Shown one piece after another: positions 14,641-27,253 of a stretch of DNA of 64,000 nucleotides. The stretch lies in assembly GCF_056746865.1 (NCBI RefSeq), contig NZ_CM163382.1, one strand, 5' to 3'. The notes below the pieces were generated by a model. That model made no database searches and was not told the origin of the DNA. It saw only the letters and a list, made by a program, of their open reading frames with translations. Positions within the stretch are counted from its first letter, which is position 1, and every line of letters starts with the position of its first letter. The translations under genes were made by a program, and so were the position numbers.

Positions 14641-15360
14641 TCAGCGGCTCATCAGCACTTCAGCAATATGCATCACTTTGACCGGCTGGCCTTCCCGTTG
14701 CAGTCGACCGCCAATGTTCAGCAGGCAGCTAACGTCTGCGCCAATCAAAAATTCCGGCTTTGCGTCCATCAGATGTAATACTTTCTCTTTCACCATCTCA
14801 CCGGATATCTCGGCCATCTTGACCGAGAACGTCCCGCCAAAGCCGCAACAGGTATCCTGATCGGCAAACGTCAACAGCTCCAGTCCGCGCACGTTTTTCA
14901 GCAGCGTAAGCGGCTCTTCCTTCACTCCCAGTTTGCGGGTCAGGCTACAGGAAGGATGATACACAGCGCGGCCCTGCAGGCTGGCACCAACGTCCACCAC
15001 ACCCAGTTTGTTGACGATAAAGGAGGTGAGATCCTGCATACGCGCGGAAACTTTCTCAGCACGCAGCGCCCATTCCGGTTCATCGGCCAGATACGTCGGG
15101 TAGCTTTTAACCGCGTAGGTGCAGGAGCCCGCCGGGGAGATAATCGGATCGTCGTTGTCTTCCAGCGCGGCGATCAGGTTTTTCATCCCGGGGATCGCCT
15201 CTTTGATGTAACCGCTGTTGATGGCTGGCTGACCGCAACACCCTTGCTTCTCGGGGAAATTAACGCGACAACCCAGTTTTTCCAGCAGCAATACGGAGTC
15301 TCGTGCCATCCGTGATTTCAGTGCGTCACCAATACAGGTGACAAAGAAATTTACATTCAC
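14641..15360 (-). CDS. lutA: Lactate utilization protein A (LutA/YkgE family, Cys-rich)
   Basis: MNVNFFVTCIGDALKSRMARDSV... with CCG motifs. Confidence 0.85.
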   Translation of the reverse strand: MNVNFFVTCIGDALKSRMARDSVLLLEKLGCRVNFPEKQGCCGQPAINSGYIKEAIPGMKNLIAALEDNDDPIISPAGSCTYAVKSYPTYLADEPEWALRAEKVSARMQDLTSFIVNKLGVVDVGASLQGRAVYHPSCSLTRKLGVKEEPLTLLKNVRGLELLTFADQDTCCGFGGTFSVKMAEISGEMVKEKVLHLMDAKPEFLIGADVSCLLNIGGRLQREGQPVKVMHIAEVLMSR

Positions 15361-15434
15361 AATAACTACTCCATTGCTTCATTTCTGTTTATTGCGCTTG
15401 ATATCGCGATATCAAACAAATGTTCATTCGTATT

Positions 15435-17132
15435 TCATGCCCAGTTTTTATGTTTGCTGGTTTTACCAATACCTGGATTCATAGTGTTGGTCGGATCATT
15501 TTCCTGATAAAAACGTGCCAAATTTTCCGGCGCTTTATACAGATGGCCGACATTGTGTTCCGCCGGATATTGCGCTCCGCGTTGGCGCAGTAATTCCAGC
15601 ATCTGTTCTTTTAACGCGTGGGCATCTACGCCTTTTTTAACGATATAATCCTGATGGAATACATGGCACATAAAATGGCCGTAATAGAGTTTATGCACCA
15701 ACTGACTGTCAATTTCCGCAGGTAAATACTCATACCATTCGGTATCATTGCGGCGTAATGCAATATCCAGCGCGAGAATATCCTCAACCTCGTCAGAATG
15801 AACGGCCTGATAACGAATGGCAGCACCCGCGGCGGCAAAACGATGCAGAAACGCCTTACTGCCCTCTTCCGCGGTACAGGTAAAGAACGCGCCCTCGGCC
15901 GATTTAAAATAGTCCGTTAACCATGCCTGGGCTTCGGCCACACCCTCGCCGGACATTTTCAACATCAGATGGTGTTCATAGTTATCGCGCCAGGTCTTCA
16001 TCCGCGCCGGGAGATGGCTCGGGAACAGATGGCTAAAAGCCTGCATCGCGCGGTCAGTAAAGTGCGGGCGAAAGATCTTCACCTTCTCAAGTATGGCCTC
16101 GGTACGCCCCTTCAGGTTGAAGAAGAACGGCATTTTGTCCGTGCCAAGTTTGTCGATCATCAGGAAGGTATCTTTGCTGTATTTCTCTGCAATATCATAG
16201 ATATCGCGGTGCATATACTCCCCAGCAACCGGCAGGTTTGTAAAATTCGCCAGGATGTGGCGGCGAATCTCAGTCAGGACATCAGTCTGATTGGTACCGA
16301 TATAAAAGACCTGCTGGTTCTTCTCGGCTTCAAAGGTATCCAGACGTACGGCAAACACCGCTAACTTGCCCGCGCAGCCAGAGGATTCAAACAGGCGATC
16401 CGGGTCAGCGTTGTAACGTGCTGGCGTGTCGGCATTGATGTCCCGCACGCGGCTAACATAGTCGTGATCGTGCGCGTGACGTCCGTCATGGTTGACGAGC
16501 GCGGCTTCAATCACATTGTTATCCAGCCGGGCAAGGATTTGCTCTGGCGTCTGACCTAGCTCAATGCCAAGGTGATTGACCAGCTGCAAGCGTCCCTGTT
16601 CATCAATGCGGGCAAACAGCGACATCTCGGTGTAAGCCGGGCCTCGCTGGACCAGAGAACCGCCCGAGTTATTACAGATACCGCCGATAACCGACGCGCC
16701 GATGCACGAAGAGCCGATCACCGAATGCGGCTCACGGCCAAACGGCTTCAGCGCCCTTTCCAGCGAGTACAGCGTGGTGCCCGGATAAGCCAGCACCTGC
16801 TTGCCCTCATCCAGCACATGCAGACTGTCCAGCCGCAGCGTGCTGATAATGACGATCTCGCGGTCGTAGTCATTACCATTTGGCGTCGAACCCTCGGCCA
16901 GGCCTGTGTTCGACGCCTGCATCAGGATTATTTTATCAGCCTCAACGCAGGCGCTGAGGACTTTCCAGAGTTCAAGCAAAGAGCCGGGGATAACCACCGC
17001 CAGAGCATCACCCTGACCCGAGCGGAATCCCTTACGGTAACGCGCAGTTTTTGACGGTTCGGTGAGGATATGAGCAGGGCCAACCAATTGGGTAAGAGTC
17101 GTCAAAAAGGTCTTATTATCAGTATGTTTCAT
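15435..17132 (-). CDS. dld: FAD-dependent D-lactate dehydrogenase (Dld paralog)
   Basis: High similarity along the whole length to remembered E. coli Dld (ARYRKGFRSGQGDALAVV...NPGIGKTSK). Confidence 0.8.
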   Translation of the reverse strand: MKHTDNKTFLTTLTQLVGPAHILTEPSKTARYRKGFRSGQGDALAVVIPGSLLELWKVLSACVEADKIILMQASNTGLAEGSTPNGNDYDREIVIISTLRLDSLHVLDEGKQVLAYPGTTLYSLERALKPFGREPHSVIGSSCIGASVIGGICNNSGGSLVQRGPAYTEMSLFARIDEQGRLQLVNHLGIELGQTPEQILARLDNNVIEAALVNHDGRHAHDHDYVSRVRDINADTPARYNADPDRLFESSGCAGKLAVFAVRLDTFEAEKNQQVFYIGTNQTDVLTEIRRHILANFTNLPVAGEYMHRDIYDIAEKYSKDTFLMIDKLGTDKMPFFFNLKGRTEAILEKVKIFRPHFTDRAMQAFSHLFPSHLPARMKTWRDNYEHHLMLKMSGEGVAEAQAWLTDYFKSAEGAFFTCTAEEGSKAFLHRFAAAGAAIRYQAVHSDEVEDILALDIALRRNDTEWYEYLPAEIDSQLVHKLYYGHFMCHVFHQDYIVKKGVDAHALKEQMLELLRQRGAQYPAEHNVGHLYKAPENLARFYQENDPTNTMNPGIGKTSKHKNWA

Positions 17133-17563
17133 GGAGGGCGGCTCTCCGCTCCTTATATCAGGGCCAGTGAAAATGGCTATAAGTTCATTTGTATGACAAA
17201 GCAGAATATTCCCTCAATCAATATCCACATGCAATACCCCATTTTATTTCTTTCGGTACCGCTCACATTTTTTAATGAAATTACCACCGCCATATAATTC
17301 ATACCTCGCCCTTTGAGGGGATGCCAAAACACTTATTTATTGCAAAGATCATCCCATACCTATTAATGATTAACTCTAATGGGTGTTGTAATATTTAGTG
17401 GTTATTCATATTTAATAAAAAAAATAACATTATTTATACAATTATTAACCTTTATAACTTTATTTCACTGAAGCGATTCAGTTAGCATTTTTTATTTTAT
17501 TATTCAGGTAGCTTCCTTCCCCATAAATATAGCTCAGTCTAAAAAAGTAAATCGGGAATTGTA

Positions 17564-19117
17564 ATGCACGAATATTTAATGTTTGCTCTGGCACTCTCTC
17601 CTTTGCTGCTGATGGTATTTTTAATACTGAAATTAAAAATGCCCATCCATTATTCCGTACTGATCTCTTTGGTATTCACCGCTGCACTATCGGCAATATT
17701 CTGGGAAATGCCCGTACAAAATTTGAAAGCCGCGATAGGCTATGGTGCACTGAAGGGACTATGGCCGATCGTAATTGTTATCCTCGGCGCTATCTTCAGT
17801 TATAACGTCATGCAGGCGACCAAAGCGCTGGATATTCTGCGCGATATTCTCGCCAGCATTAGCGAAGATAAGCGTATTCAGGTGCTGCTGATTTCATGGT
17901 GTTTTGGTGGATTTCTTGAAGCCGCTGCGGGCTATGGCACGGCGGTCGCTATTCCGATCGGTATTCTCATTGCGCTGGGATTCAACCCGTTGAAGGCGGC
18001 GATTGCTTCCCTCGTAGCAAATACCGTTCCGACCGCATTTGGCGCGGTTGGGATCCCGGTTTCTATTCTGGCAGAGCAGGTTAATCTGCCGGTTTATACC
18101 TTAGGCGGAACCATTATTTTGCAGCTCGCGCTGTTTAATATCCTGCTGCCGTTTGTGATTGTCTGCATTATTGGCGGTGGCCTGAAAGCCATTCGCGGCG
18201 TATTTCTGATCACGTTGATTTGCGGCATTTCCACGCTGATTCCGCAATATTTTGTCGCCATCCATCTTGGCGCGGAATTACCCGCTTTTGCCGGTAGCCT
18301 GGTCAGCCTGTTTGCCGTGGCGATGGTCAGTCGCCTGCGCAAAGGGAAAACCGATCCAGAGTGGCGCATTGAGGTCAGCCATACCCGCGAAACCACGCCG
18401 CGCTCGGCAAAAGTGTTGTTCCGCGTGGGCTCTATCTATCTGTTTATTTTTGTGTTTATCCTGCTGTGTTCGCCGCTGTTTCCGACAATAAAAGGCGCGG
18501 CATCCCAACTGGCTTCGGTGCTGCATTTCACGTTGGCTGACGGCAAAACGATGGCACTGAAAGTTGAATGGGTGACCACACCAGGGATGCTGATTATCTT
18601 TGCGACCATTATCGGCGGTTTTATTCAGGGAGCGTCCGCACGCGGGATGCTGGAAGTATTTATCAAAACGATTTTCCAGCTTAAAAACTCTATCGTGGCA
18701 ATTATGGCGATCGTCGCGCTGGCCACGGTGATGGATCTCAGCGGGATTATCTCCACACTGGCGCAGTCGATTGTCGATCTGACCGGCAGCTCGTACGTCT
18801 TCCTCGCCCCGGTGATTGGCGCGCTGGGCACGTTCGTTACCGGCAGCGATACCAACTCGAACATTCTGTTTGGCAAGCTGCAAACCATAGCTGCCAGCAA
18901 GTTACATATCGATCCCAACTGGCTGGCGGCGGCCAATACCTCTGGCGCTACGGGGGGCAAAATGATTTCGCCGCAAAGCATCGCCATCGCGGTTTCTGCC
19001 ACCAAAATGGACGGTCAGGCCAATCAGATCATGTCTGGCACCATGAAATACTGCTGTGCCTACATTGTGATCCTTGGCCTGAAAGTCGGTCTCTTTTATT
19101 ACTGGTTTATGGCGTAA
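17564..19117 (+). CDS. Lactate permease (LctP/LldP/GlcA family)
   Basis: 517-aa polytopic protein; conserved GSDTNSNILFGKLQ and GKMISPQSIAIA segments of LctP-family transporters. Confidence 0.8.
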   Translation: MHEYLMFALALSPLLLMVFLILKLKMPIHYSVLISLVFTAALSAIFWEMPVQNLKAAIGYGALKGLWPIVIVILGAIFSYNVMQATKALDILRDILASISEDKRIQVLLISWCFGGFLEAAAGYGTAVAIPIGILIALGFNPLKAAIASLVANTVPTAFGAVGIPVSILAEQVNLPVYTLGGTIILQLALFNILLPFVIVCIIGGGLKAIRGVFLITLICGISTLIPQYFVAIHLGAELPAFAGSLVSLFAVAMVSRLRKGKTDPEWRIEVSHTRETTPRSAKVLFRVGSIYLFIFVFILLCSPLFPTIKGAASQLASVLHFTLADGKTMALKVEWVTTPGMLIIFATIIGGFIQGASARGMLEVFIKTIFQLKNSIVAIMAIVALATVMDLSGIISTLAQSIVDLTGSSYVFLAPVIGALGTFVTGSDTNSNILFGKLQTIAASKLHIDPNWLAAANTSGATGGKMISPQSIAIAVSATKMDGQANQIMSGTMKYCCAYIVILGLKVGLFYYWFMA

Positions 19118-19364
19118 GCCATTGTCAACCCCGTCAAATTCGCGGCAATCGTATTTGACGACACAGTGACCAAAAAGGTTTATACCACCCCAGAAACGGA
19201 ACAAGGCGACAGGCTTTACGATTTGTCGGCGCTGACTAAAATAGCGCCGATGTTTCAAATCGAGGATTGTTGTTATGTTGTTCTGGAAAAAGATGGTGAA
19301 GAAGTTCGACGCCTTTTCCGCGTTGATTCCACCACGCTACTTCCGCGTGTAATACCTGGCACTT

Positions 19365-19470
19365 ATTCCTGATGGCGCTTCGCTTATCAGGCCTACATTT
19401 CACACTCATTTGTAGGCCTGCGTTTCACGCTCATTTATAGGCCGGATAAGGCGCGAGCCGCATCCGGCAG
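19365..19470. repeat. REP/BIME-type repetitive extragenic palindromes
   Basis: GCCGGATAAGGCG...CGCATCCGGCAG and CTGATGGCGCTTCGCTTATCAGGCCTACA units. Confidence 0.7.
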
Positions 19471-19538
19471 CAACAGCAGCGTAAAATGCTCACCCCTTTC
19501 TCTTACGCAGACCGCATGCTCTTAACACCACCACCCAC

Positions 19539-20053
<515 letters not shown>

Positions 20054-20075
20054 CTATTTCCCTGCCTCTCCTCCC

Positions 20076-20109
20076 CGAACCGGACGTGCACCTTTCAGCG
20101 CATCCGGCT
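20076..20109 (-). ncRNA. Group II intron domain V (catalytic hairpin)
   Basis: 34-nt GAGCCGG...GAAA...CCGGTTC hairpin matching the domain V consensus, just 3' of the reverse transcriptase stop. Confidence 0.75.
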
Positions 20110-20115
20110 CTCCAT

Positions 20116-21639
20116 TTAAATGCTGGCGAACGCCATTGCCACTTCTGTAAAGCGCGATGTATACGTGTTTCTGGTCTCCGTCCTCAGATAGGGATTACCT
20201 TCGGGTAGCCGCCAGCGGAACAGCTTCTTGCCTTGCCCCACCAACCGGTACAGTATTTCGCCGCTGAGCTTGCCGTGATTGGTTTTACCAAATAAAACCC
20301 ACGTTTTGCTCTGACCCGGTTTCGGTGATTTACACCACCACCTCATCAGGGAAGCGATACCTGTACGGTATTTGCGGGCCAGCCAGTGAGCCAGCTTCCA
20401 GAACACGACACGGTCGATATAACTGAAGACTTTGGCCTTAAAATCAACGAACTGATAGAACATGGCCCAGCCTTTCAGTTTTCGGTTGAGTTGTTCAGCC
20501 ATATCGACTTTGCTTTCACTGTAGTTGCCTGATAACAGTGCTGTCAGCGATGCGGCGAAGTTTCTGGCTTTCTCCTGCGGGATCGTTGAGACCACTCGCA
20601 TCTCGCCATAACGACTGCGTTTGCGAATGATCCTGTGCCCCAGAAAGATAAAGCCGTCATTAACATGGGTGATTTTAGTCTTATCCATGTTCAGCCTGAG
20701 TTTCAGACTGCCTTCGAGCACACCCCGACACTCCTCCCTGATGGCTTCCGCCTGTGCTTTGGTGCCTTTGACGATGAGGACAAAATCATCGGCATAGCGG
20801 CAGTACGCCACCGCGGGTTTCCACTGCCAGTTTTCTCTGACCGCCGTACTTCGGCCCCGTTGGATACTGTTATTCCAGTACCACCGATCTTTTCTGGCTT
20901 TCCCGCTCAGGTAGCGCTCATGCAGGTATTGATCGAACTCATTCAGCATGATGTTCGATAATAGCGGCGATATAACACCGCCCTGTGGCACACCTTCACT
21001 GGCCGCCCGAAAGAGACCGACATCGATATGTCCCGCCTTGATGGTTTTCCACAGCAGAGTCATGAAACGTGCGTCACTGATCCTGCGGCGTACAGCCTTC
21101 ATCAGCAGTCGATGATGTACGGTGTCGAAGTAACTGGACAGGTCGCCTTCAATCACCCAGCGTCCCCGGGTTTCACCACAGTCTGTGAGCTGTAATTTCA
21201 CCGTGCGGATCGCGTGGTGGACACTGCTCTCAGGCCGGAAGCCATATGAGAGCGTATGAAAATCACTCTCCCATATCGGCTCCATCGCCATCAGCATGGC
21301 CCGCTGAACAATACGATCCCGCAACGCGGGGATACCCAGTGGTCGCAGTTTGCCGTTGCTTTTAGGGATGTAAACCCGTCTGGCGGGCAAGGGCTGGTAG
21401 TGGCCTGAGAGTAATTCATCCCTGAGGATTTGCAGCTCAACAGCCAGTCTGGCCTGTAGCATTGTTTTGTTCACGCCATCAACGCCGGGGGTATGGGCCC
21501 CCTTTGATGAAAGCGTGATCCGCGCCGCTTCAGCCAGCCATTCTGGTTGTGTTATCAGACGCAGCAGCCGTTGAATCCGTAGGGACGGATCGGTGGCTGC
21601 CCATGTGGCAAGCTTGCGTTGCATTTCGCTGATTATCAA
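20116..21639 (-). CDS. Group II intron-encoded protein (reverse transcriptase with maturase domain); TTG start
   Basis: RT motifs including the YADD box (AVAYCRYADDFVLIV) and GKLRPLGIPALRDRIVQ; located in intron domain IV. Confidence 0.85.
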   Translation of the reverse strand: MIISEMQRKLATWAATDPSLRIQRLLRLITQPEWLAEAARITLSSKGAHTPGVDGVNKTMLQARLAVELQILRDELLSGHYQPLPARRVYIPKSNGKLRPLGIPALRDRIVQRAMLMAMEPIWESDFHTLSYGFRPESSVHHAIRTVKLQLTDCGETRGRWVIEGDLSSYFDTVHHRLLMKAVRRRISDARFMTLLWKTIKAGHIDVGLFRAASEGVPQGGVISPLLSNIMLNEFDQYLHERYLSGKARKDRWYWNNSIQRGRSTAVRENWQWKPAVAYCRYADDFVLIVKGTKAQAEAIREECRGVLEGSLKLRLNMDKTKITHVNDGFIFLGHRIIRKRSRYGEMRVVSTIPQEKARNFAASLTALLSGNYSESKVDMAEQLNRKLKGWAMFYQFVDFKAKVFSYIDRVVFWKLAHWLARKYRTGIASLMRWWCKSPKPGQSKTWVLFGKTNHGKLSGEILYRLVGQGKKLFRWRLPEGNPYLRTETRNTYTSRFTEVAMAFASI

Positions 21640-22295
21640 AGGTCTTCACCTCGTTAGGTCAGTTAATTCACGTCGCAAACACATTCAAACTGCTTCCCTT
21701 CGCCATGTAATGGGCTTTCCCCATCGCGGACTACTACGGAAGCTCCGCCAGCCAGCGCGTCATCGGAGCCATGCCCCCTTAACATCCGTCGCTGACCTTC
21801 CCCGGTTTACCGGCCTGGACTCAGGCATACTGAGGAGGCTGCCCGTCGCACTCTTTATCCTTGCTTGCCGCAAGTTGGCAGAAGTCAGCAATGCAAGCGT
21901 GATAGACGCTGCTGCCCCGGTGTTTCGCATACATGTCAAAACACCTTCGACCGGCAGTGCTTACGTATCACTGCCAGTTCCTCCTGCACGGCCTGTCAGA
22001 TCACGTAGGCCGTGGTGACGTTTTCAACCCACAGAGGCGGATTAACGGGTTCATGTTCTTCAGCCTTTCAGTACTTAACCTTGAGGATCATCTCGGCTTA
22101 GTGATCTCGCCTCAATCCCCGTTGTCAGCGGGTTACATCACCCTGCGGGCATGCCGCAGGTCACTGCCGCTCAGGTTCTCCACCGTCACACCCGGTGGGA
22201 TTGTTGGGTTTCTCATCGTGAGTTACCGGTTCAATATTCCAGACAGACTCGCGGTTCATTTAAGCATCCATGCCCGCCCTGAACTCCGGGCACAC

Positions 22296-22713
22296 CGTAA
22301 GTAAAATCAGCCACCCACAACTGGTCAGGACGTTCTGCCACAAACTGACGGTTTACGCGGTCGCCTGCGGCAACGGCTTTCCGGCTGACGGTAGTGCGGA
22401 CCTTTTTACCCCGGAGAACACCGGCAAGTCCCATAACCGCCATGAGGCGCGCCACTGTACATCTGGCTACCCTGATTCCTTCCCGTAACAACTGACGCCA
22501 GACTTTACGCACACCGTATACCTGATGATTCCCATCGTATACGCGCAGTATCTCTTTCTTCAGCCAGTCATCGCGCTGCGCACGGGCACTGCGTTTATCA
22601 GGATGATGTCGCTGTTGCTGACAGTGGTAATACGTTGACGGGGCAATATGTAGTTCACTGCATACCGGTCCGACCCCGTACAGCTTACGCAGCTTATCCA
22701 GCAGTGGCATCAC
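22296..22713 (-). pseudogene. IS629-like transposase OrfB, N-terminal ~139 codons, interrupted by the intron after ...QLWVADFTY
   Basis: [33 protein letters not shown]...; the track ORF continues 22 codons into intron sequence. Confidence 0.75.
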
Positions 22714-23036
22714 TTTTTCCAGAGGCGGTCGAACTCCACCTTCGCAAAATAAGCGGAAGCCTGGCGAAGGATATCGTTACTGCGGCGCAGTTCACGATTT
22801 TCACGTTCCAGCTCTTTCAGACGCTGACGTTCAGCGGTGGTGAGCCCGCCATCACCGCCTCCGGTATCCCGCTCATGCTGGCGCACCCAGACACGCAGAG
22901 TCTCCGGTGTACAGCCAATCTTTGGGGCAATGGAACAAATTGCCGCCCACTGTGAGTCATATTCGCCCTGACTTTCCAGAACCATACGAATCGCCCTCTG
23001 ACGGACTTCGGGGGAAAAACGAGTATTTTTAGTCAT
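22710..23036 (-). CDS. IS629-like OrfA (HTH)
   Basis: [50 protein letters not shown]... matches remembered IS629/IS1203-type OrfA. Confidence 0.8.
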   Translation of the reverse strand: MTKNTRFSPEVRQRAIRMVLESQGEYDSQWAAICSIAPKIGCTPETLRVWVRQHERDTGGGDGGLTTAERQRLKELERENRELRRSNDILRQASAYFAKVEFDRLWKK

Positions 23037-23090
23037 TCTGTTTACCTCTTTCTCAGGGAGTTTAGTCTCCAGGATTCCCGGGGCGGCTCA

Positions 23091-23883
23091 GGTCACCGAT
23101 GCCGTGATGGAGCAGGTTGTAGAATGGCAAAACAGACCACTGGATGCTGTTTACCCCATTGTTTATCTTGACTGTATCGTCCTGAAAGTTCGGCAGGACA
23201 GTCGCGTCATCAACAAATCGGTGTTCCTGGCACTGGGCATCAATATCGAAGGTCAGAAGGAACTGCTGGGTATGTGGCTGGCCGAAAATGAAGGGGCGAA
23301 GTTCTGGCTCAATGTGCTGACTGAACTGAAAAACCGCGGTCTGAACGATATCCTCATCGCCTGTGTGGATGGCCTGAAAGGCTTCCCGGATGCCATCAAC
23401 ACAGTATATCCGAAGGCCCGCATCCAGTTATGCATCGTGCATATGGTGCGCAACAGCCTGCGCTTCGTGTCATGGAAGGACTACAAGGCCGTCACTCGCG
23501 ACCTGAAAGCGATTTATCAAGCTCCCACGGAAGAGGCAGGTCAGCAGGCACTGGAAGCGTTCGCTGCGGCCTGGGACAGTCGCTATCCTCAGATAAGCCG
23601 AAGCTGGCAGGCTAACTGGCCGAATCTTGCCACGTTCTTCGCTTATCCAACGGACATCCGCAAAGTGATCTATACGACGAATGCCATCGAGTCGCTAAAC
23701 AGCGTGATCCGCCATGCGATCAAAAAGCGTAAAGTGTTCCCGACAGACGACTCGGTGAAAAAAGTGGTGTGGCTGGCAATCCAGTCTGCGTCCCAGAAAT
23801 GGACGATGCCGTTGAAGGACTGGCGAATGGCAATGAGCCGCTTTATTATCGAGTTCGGTGACCGCCTGGACGGTCACTTCTGA
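23091..23883 (+). pseudogene. IS256-family (mutator-type) transposase, C-terminal ~264 codons; 5' part removed at the IS629-like insertion
   Basis: Coding ...VTDAVMEQVVEWQNRPLDAVYPIVYLDCIVLKVRQDSRV... begins immediately at the IS629-like end with no start codon or N-terminal domain. Confidence 0.7.
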
Positions 23884-24119
23884 GAAAAGGCATTTACACA
23901 GAATCCTAAACAGGCTCCCGTCACGATACCCGGTATCAATCAATGAAGTCCATTTAATTGATGACGTCGAAGTTATGGCATGTGTGACGATGCTGAGAAA
24001 GCGCCCTTTTTCAGGTGTTTTTTTAATCTTTTTGGGGTTTAAATTCCTATTGATGAACAACGCTTTCATTTACGGGACAATGACCGGCAACGCTCCCGGT
24101 ACACCGGGAGCGTTAGTGT

Positions 24120-25667
<1,548 letters not shown>

Positions 25668-25715
25668 TCACCCGCAACAAAAATGACGTGCACAACGGTT
25701 ACGGGCAGGAAACGG

Positions 25716-26642
25716 TCAGGGGTGTTTCAGTAAATCCTGGCGACGGGGTAACGCTGTCATGGCACCTTTTGCTGTCGTGGCAAGCGCACCACAGCGCTGG
25801 GCCTGTTCGATGACGGATGCGAGTGCCTGCTCACCGGAGGGCATCCCCTCTGCCGCCAGCGCCGCCAGCAGACCTGCCACGAAGGCGTCACCGGCACCGG
25901 TCGTGTCCACACTCACCACCGGTGTTGCCGGGAAGTACAGGTTTTTTCCCTGCCAGCGAGCCATCACGCCATCCTTTCCTTGGGTTACCAGCAGCAGTGC
26001 CAGGGGATAATGTGATGCCAGAACATCGGTTCCCTTCCGGACATCCTGTTCACCGCTGATAAAGAACAGTTCCTCTTCCGATACCTTTGCCACATCCGCC
26101 AGCATGAGCGCCCGGTGCAGACACTCACGCAGTTGCGATGTGCTCTGCCACAGGTCAGTCCGGATGTTGGGGTCAAAGCTGACCCTGCCGCCAGCCTGCC
26201 GGATGTTCTCCATGGCCTGAAACGTGGCGCTGCGGCAGGGCTCTGCACTCAGGGCATTGGAGCAGGTATGCAGCCATTCACCGGCACGAAAGGGCGGTAA
26301 ATCATCAGGGGTAAGGAAAAGGTCTGCCGAAGGGCGCACCATAAATGTGAAGGTTCGTTCACCACCCGGCACCAGCGACACCACCACTGTGGAAGTCCGG
26401 TACAGAGGGTCGGTATGCATATACGCCGTGTCCACACCCTCATCAGCCAGGGTTTTGCGCATAAAACGCCCGAAAGGGTCATCCCCCACACACCCGACAA
26501 ACCCGCTCAGGCCCCCCAGTCGGGCCACGCCCACGGCAACATTGGCAGGCGCACCACCAGGGCACTGCAACAGCGTGCCCGGCTTCTCCGGTAATAAATC
26601 CACCACGGCATCACCGAGACCCCATACTTTTACTGTACTCAT
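25716..26642 (-). CDS. PfkB-family fructokinase (ScrK/CscK-like)
   Basis: GDAVVDLLP...CPGGAPANVAVGVARLGG...DTTGAGDAFVAGLLA ribokinase-family motifs. Confidence 0.75.
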   Translation of the reverse strand: MSTVKVWGLGDAVVDLLPEKPGTLLQCPGGAPANVAVGVARLGGLSGFVGCVGDDPFGRFMRKTLADEGVDTAYMHTDPLYRTSTVVVSLVPGGERTFTFMVRPSADLFLTPDDLPPFRAGEWLHTCSNALSAEPCRSATFQAMENIRQAGGRVSFDPNIRTDLWQSTSQLRECLHRALMLADVAKVSEEELFFISGEQDVRKGTDVLASHYPLALLLVTQGKDGVMARWQGKNLYFPATPVVSVDTTGAGDAFVAGLLAALAAEGMPSGEQALASVIEQAQRCGALATTAKGAMTALPRRQDLLKHP

Positions 26643-26671
26643 TCATACTCCATGATTTTCATCAGTCATAT

Positions 26672-26983
26672 TCAGCGGATGACAGACAGCTCAAACATCG
26701 CCATATCCGTGGTTCCGGCTGGAATTGGATACCAACCCGCATTCCGGAGCAGGGCAGCGAGGGCAGACACATCGCCGGTCAGGGGATGCAGCAACCTCCC
26801 CTGATAATCAAATGCCGCCTCAAGACGTGAGCGGGAAAGATAAAAGCTGCCGGCATCCCCGTTCGGAACCACGACATTACGCCCCTCCCATTTCCGGTCG
26901 CTCAGTATCCGCCAGCACCAGCCCTGCTCCCTGATGGTTTCCAGGGCGAATGTCAGGCGGAACAGGTCAGTCTGTACCGACAC
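26672..26983 (-). CDS. Hypothetical protein (103 aa) within the sugar cluster
   Basis: ORF co-oriented and tightly spaced with neighbours; no family recognised. Confidence 0.4.
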   Translation of the reverse strand: MSVQTDLFRLTFALETIREQGWCWRILSDRKWEGRNVVVPNGDAGSFYLSRSRLEAAFDYQGRLLHPLTGDVSALAALLRNAGWYPIPAGTTDMAMFELSVIR

Positions 26984-27253
26984 ATCACCAGAGCAGGCCT
27001 GCCACAGATACTCCAGCCTGCTGCGGATATCTTTCGCCCCGCTTTCACTCTGCAGGGCTCTGATATGTGCGGGGAAAACGGTGCTGTTTCAGTGCTGTGC
27101 TCCGCCAGCGGTTTAGAAACAGGTTTTCCTGGATTTTTGACGCAATCCGGCCATCCCGGCGGGCCAGATGCAGGGCTACCAGCCCGCACCAGGCCAGATG
27201 TGCGGCTTTCCCTGATACCAGCTGCCCGCTGGCGATATTGTCACTCATGGCGC

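Larger units (their letters stand above)
22296..23090 (-). mobile_element. IS629-like (IS3-family) element, 5' portion; serves as 5' exon of the group II intron
   Basis: Terminal repeat ...TGAGCCGCCCCGGGAATCCTGGAGACTAAACTCCC (reverse complement ending at 23090); OrfA and 5' part of OrfB. Confidence 0.75.

Noticed and set aside
19166-19372. 68-aa ORF downstream of the lactate permease
   Set aside because: GTG start without a convincing SD, sitting in a REP-containing terminator region; kept only as a possibility
20116-21639. Reverse transcriptase as a retron or diversity-generating retroelement
   Set aside because: It lies within a sequence with group II intron 5' end and domain V/VI and has maturase-type architecture; no msr/msd-like repeats or template/variable repeat pair were seen nearby
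22231-22295. Last 22 codons of the IS629-like OrfB ORF (GVPGVQGGHGCLNEPRVCLEY)
   Set aside because: This tail is translation of the group II intron 5' end, not transposase sequence
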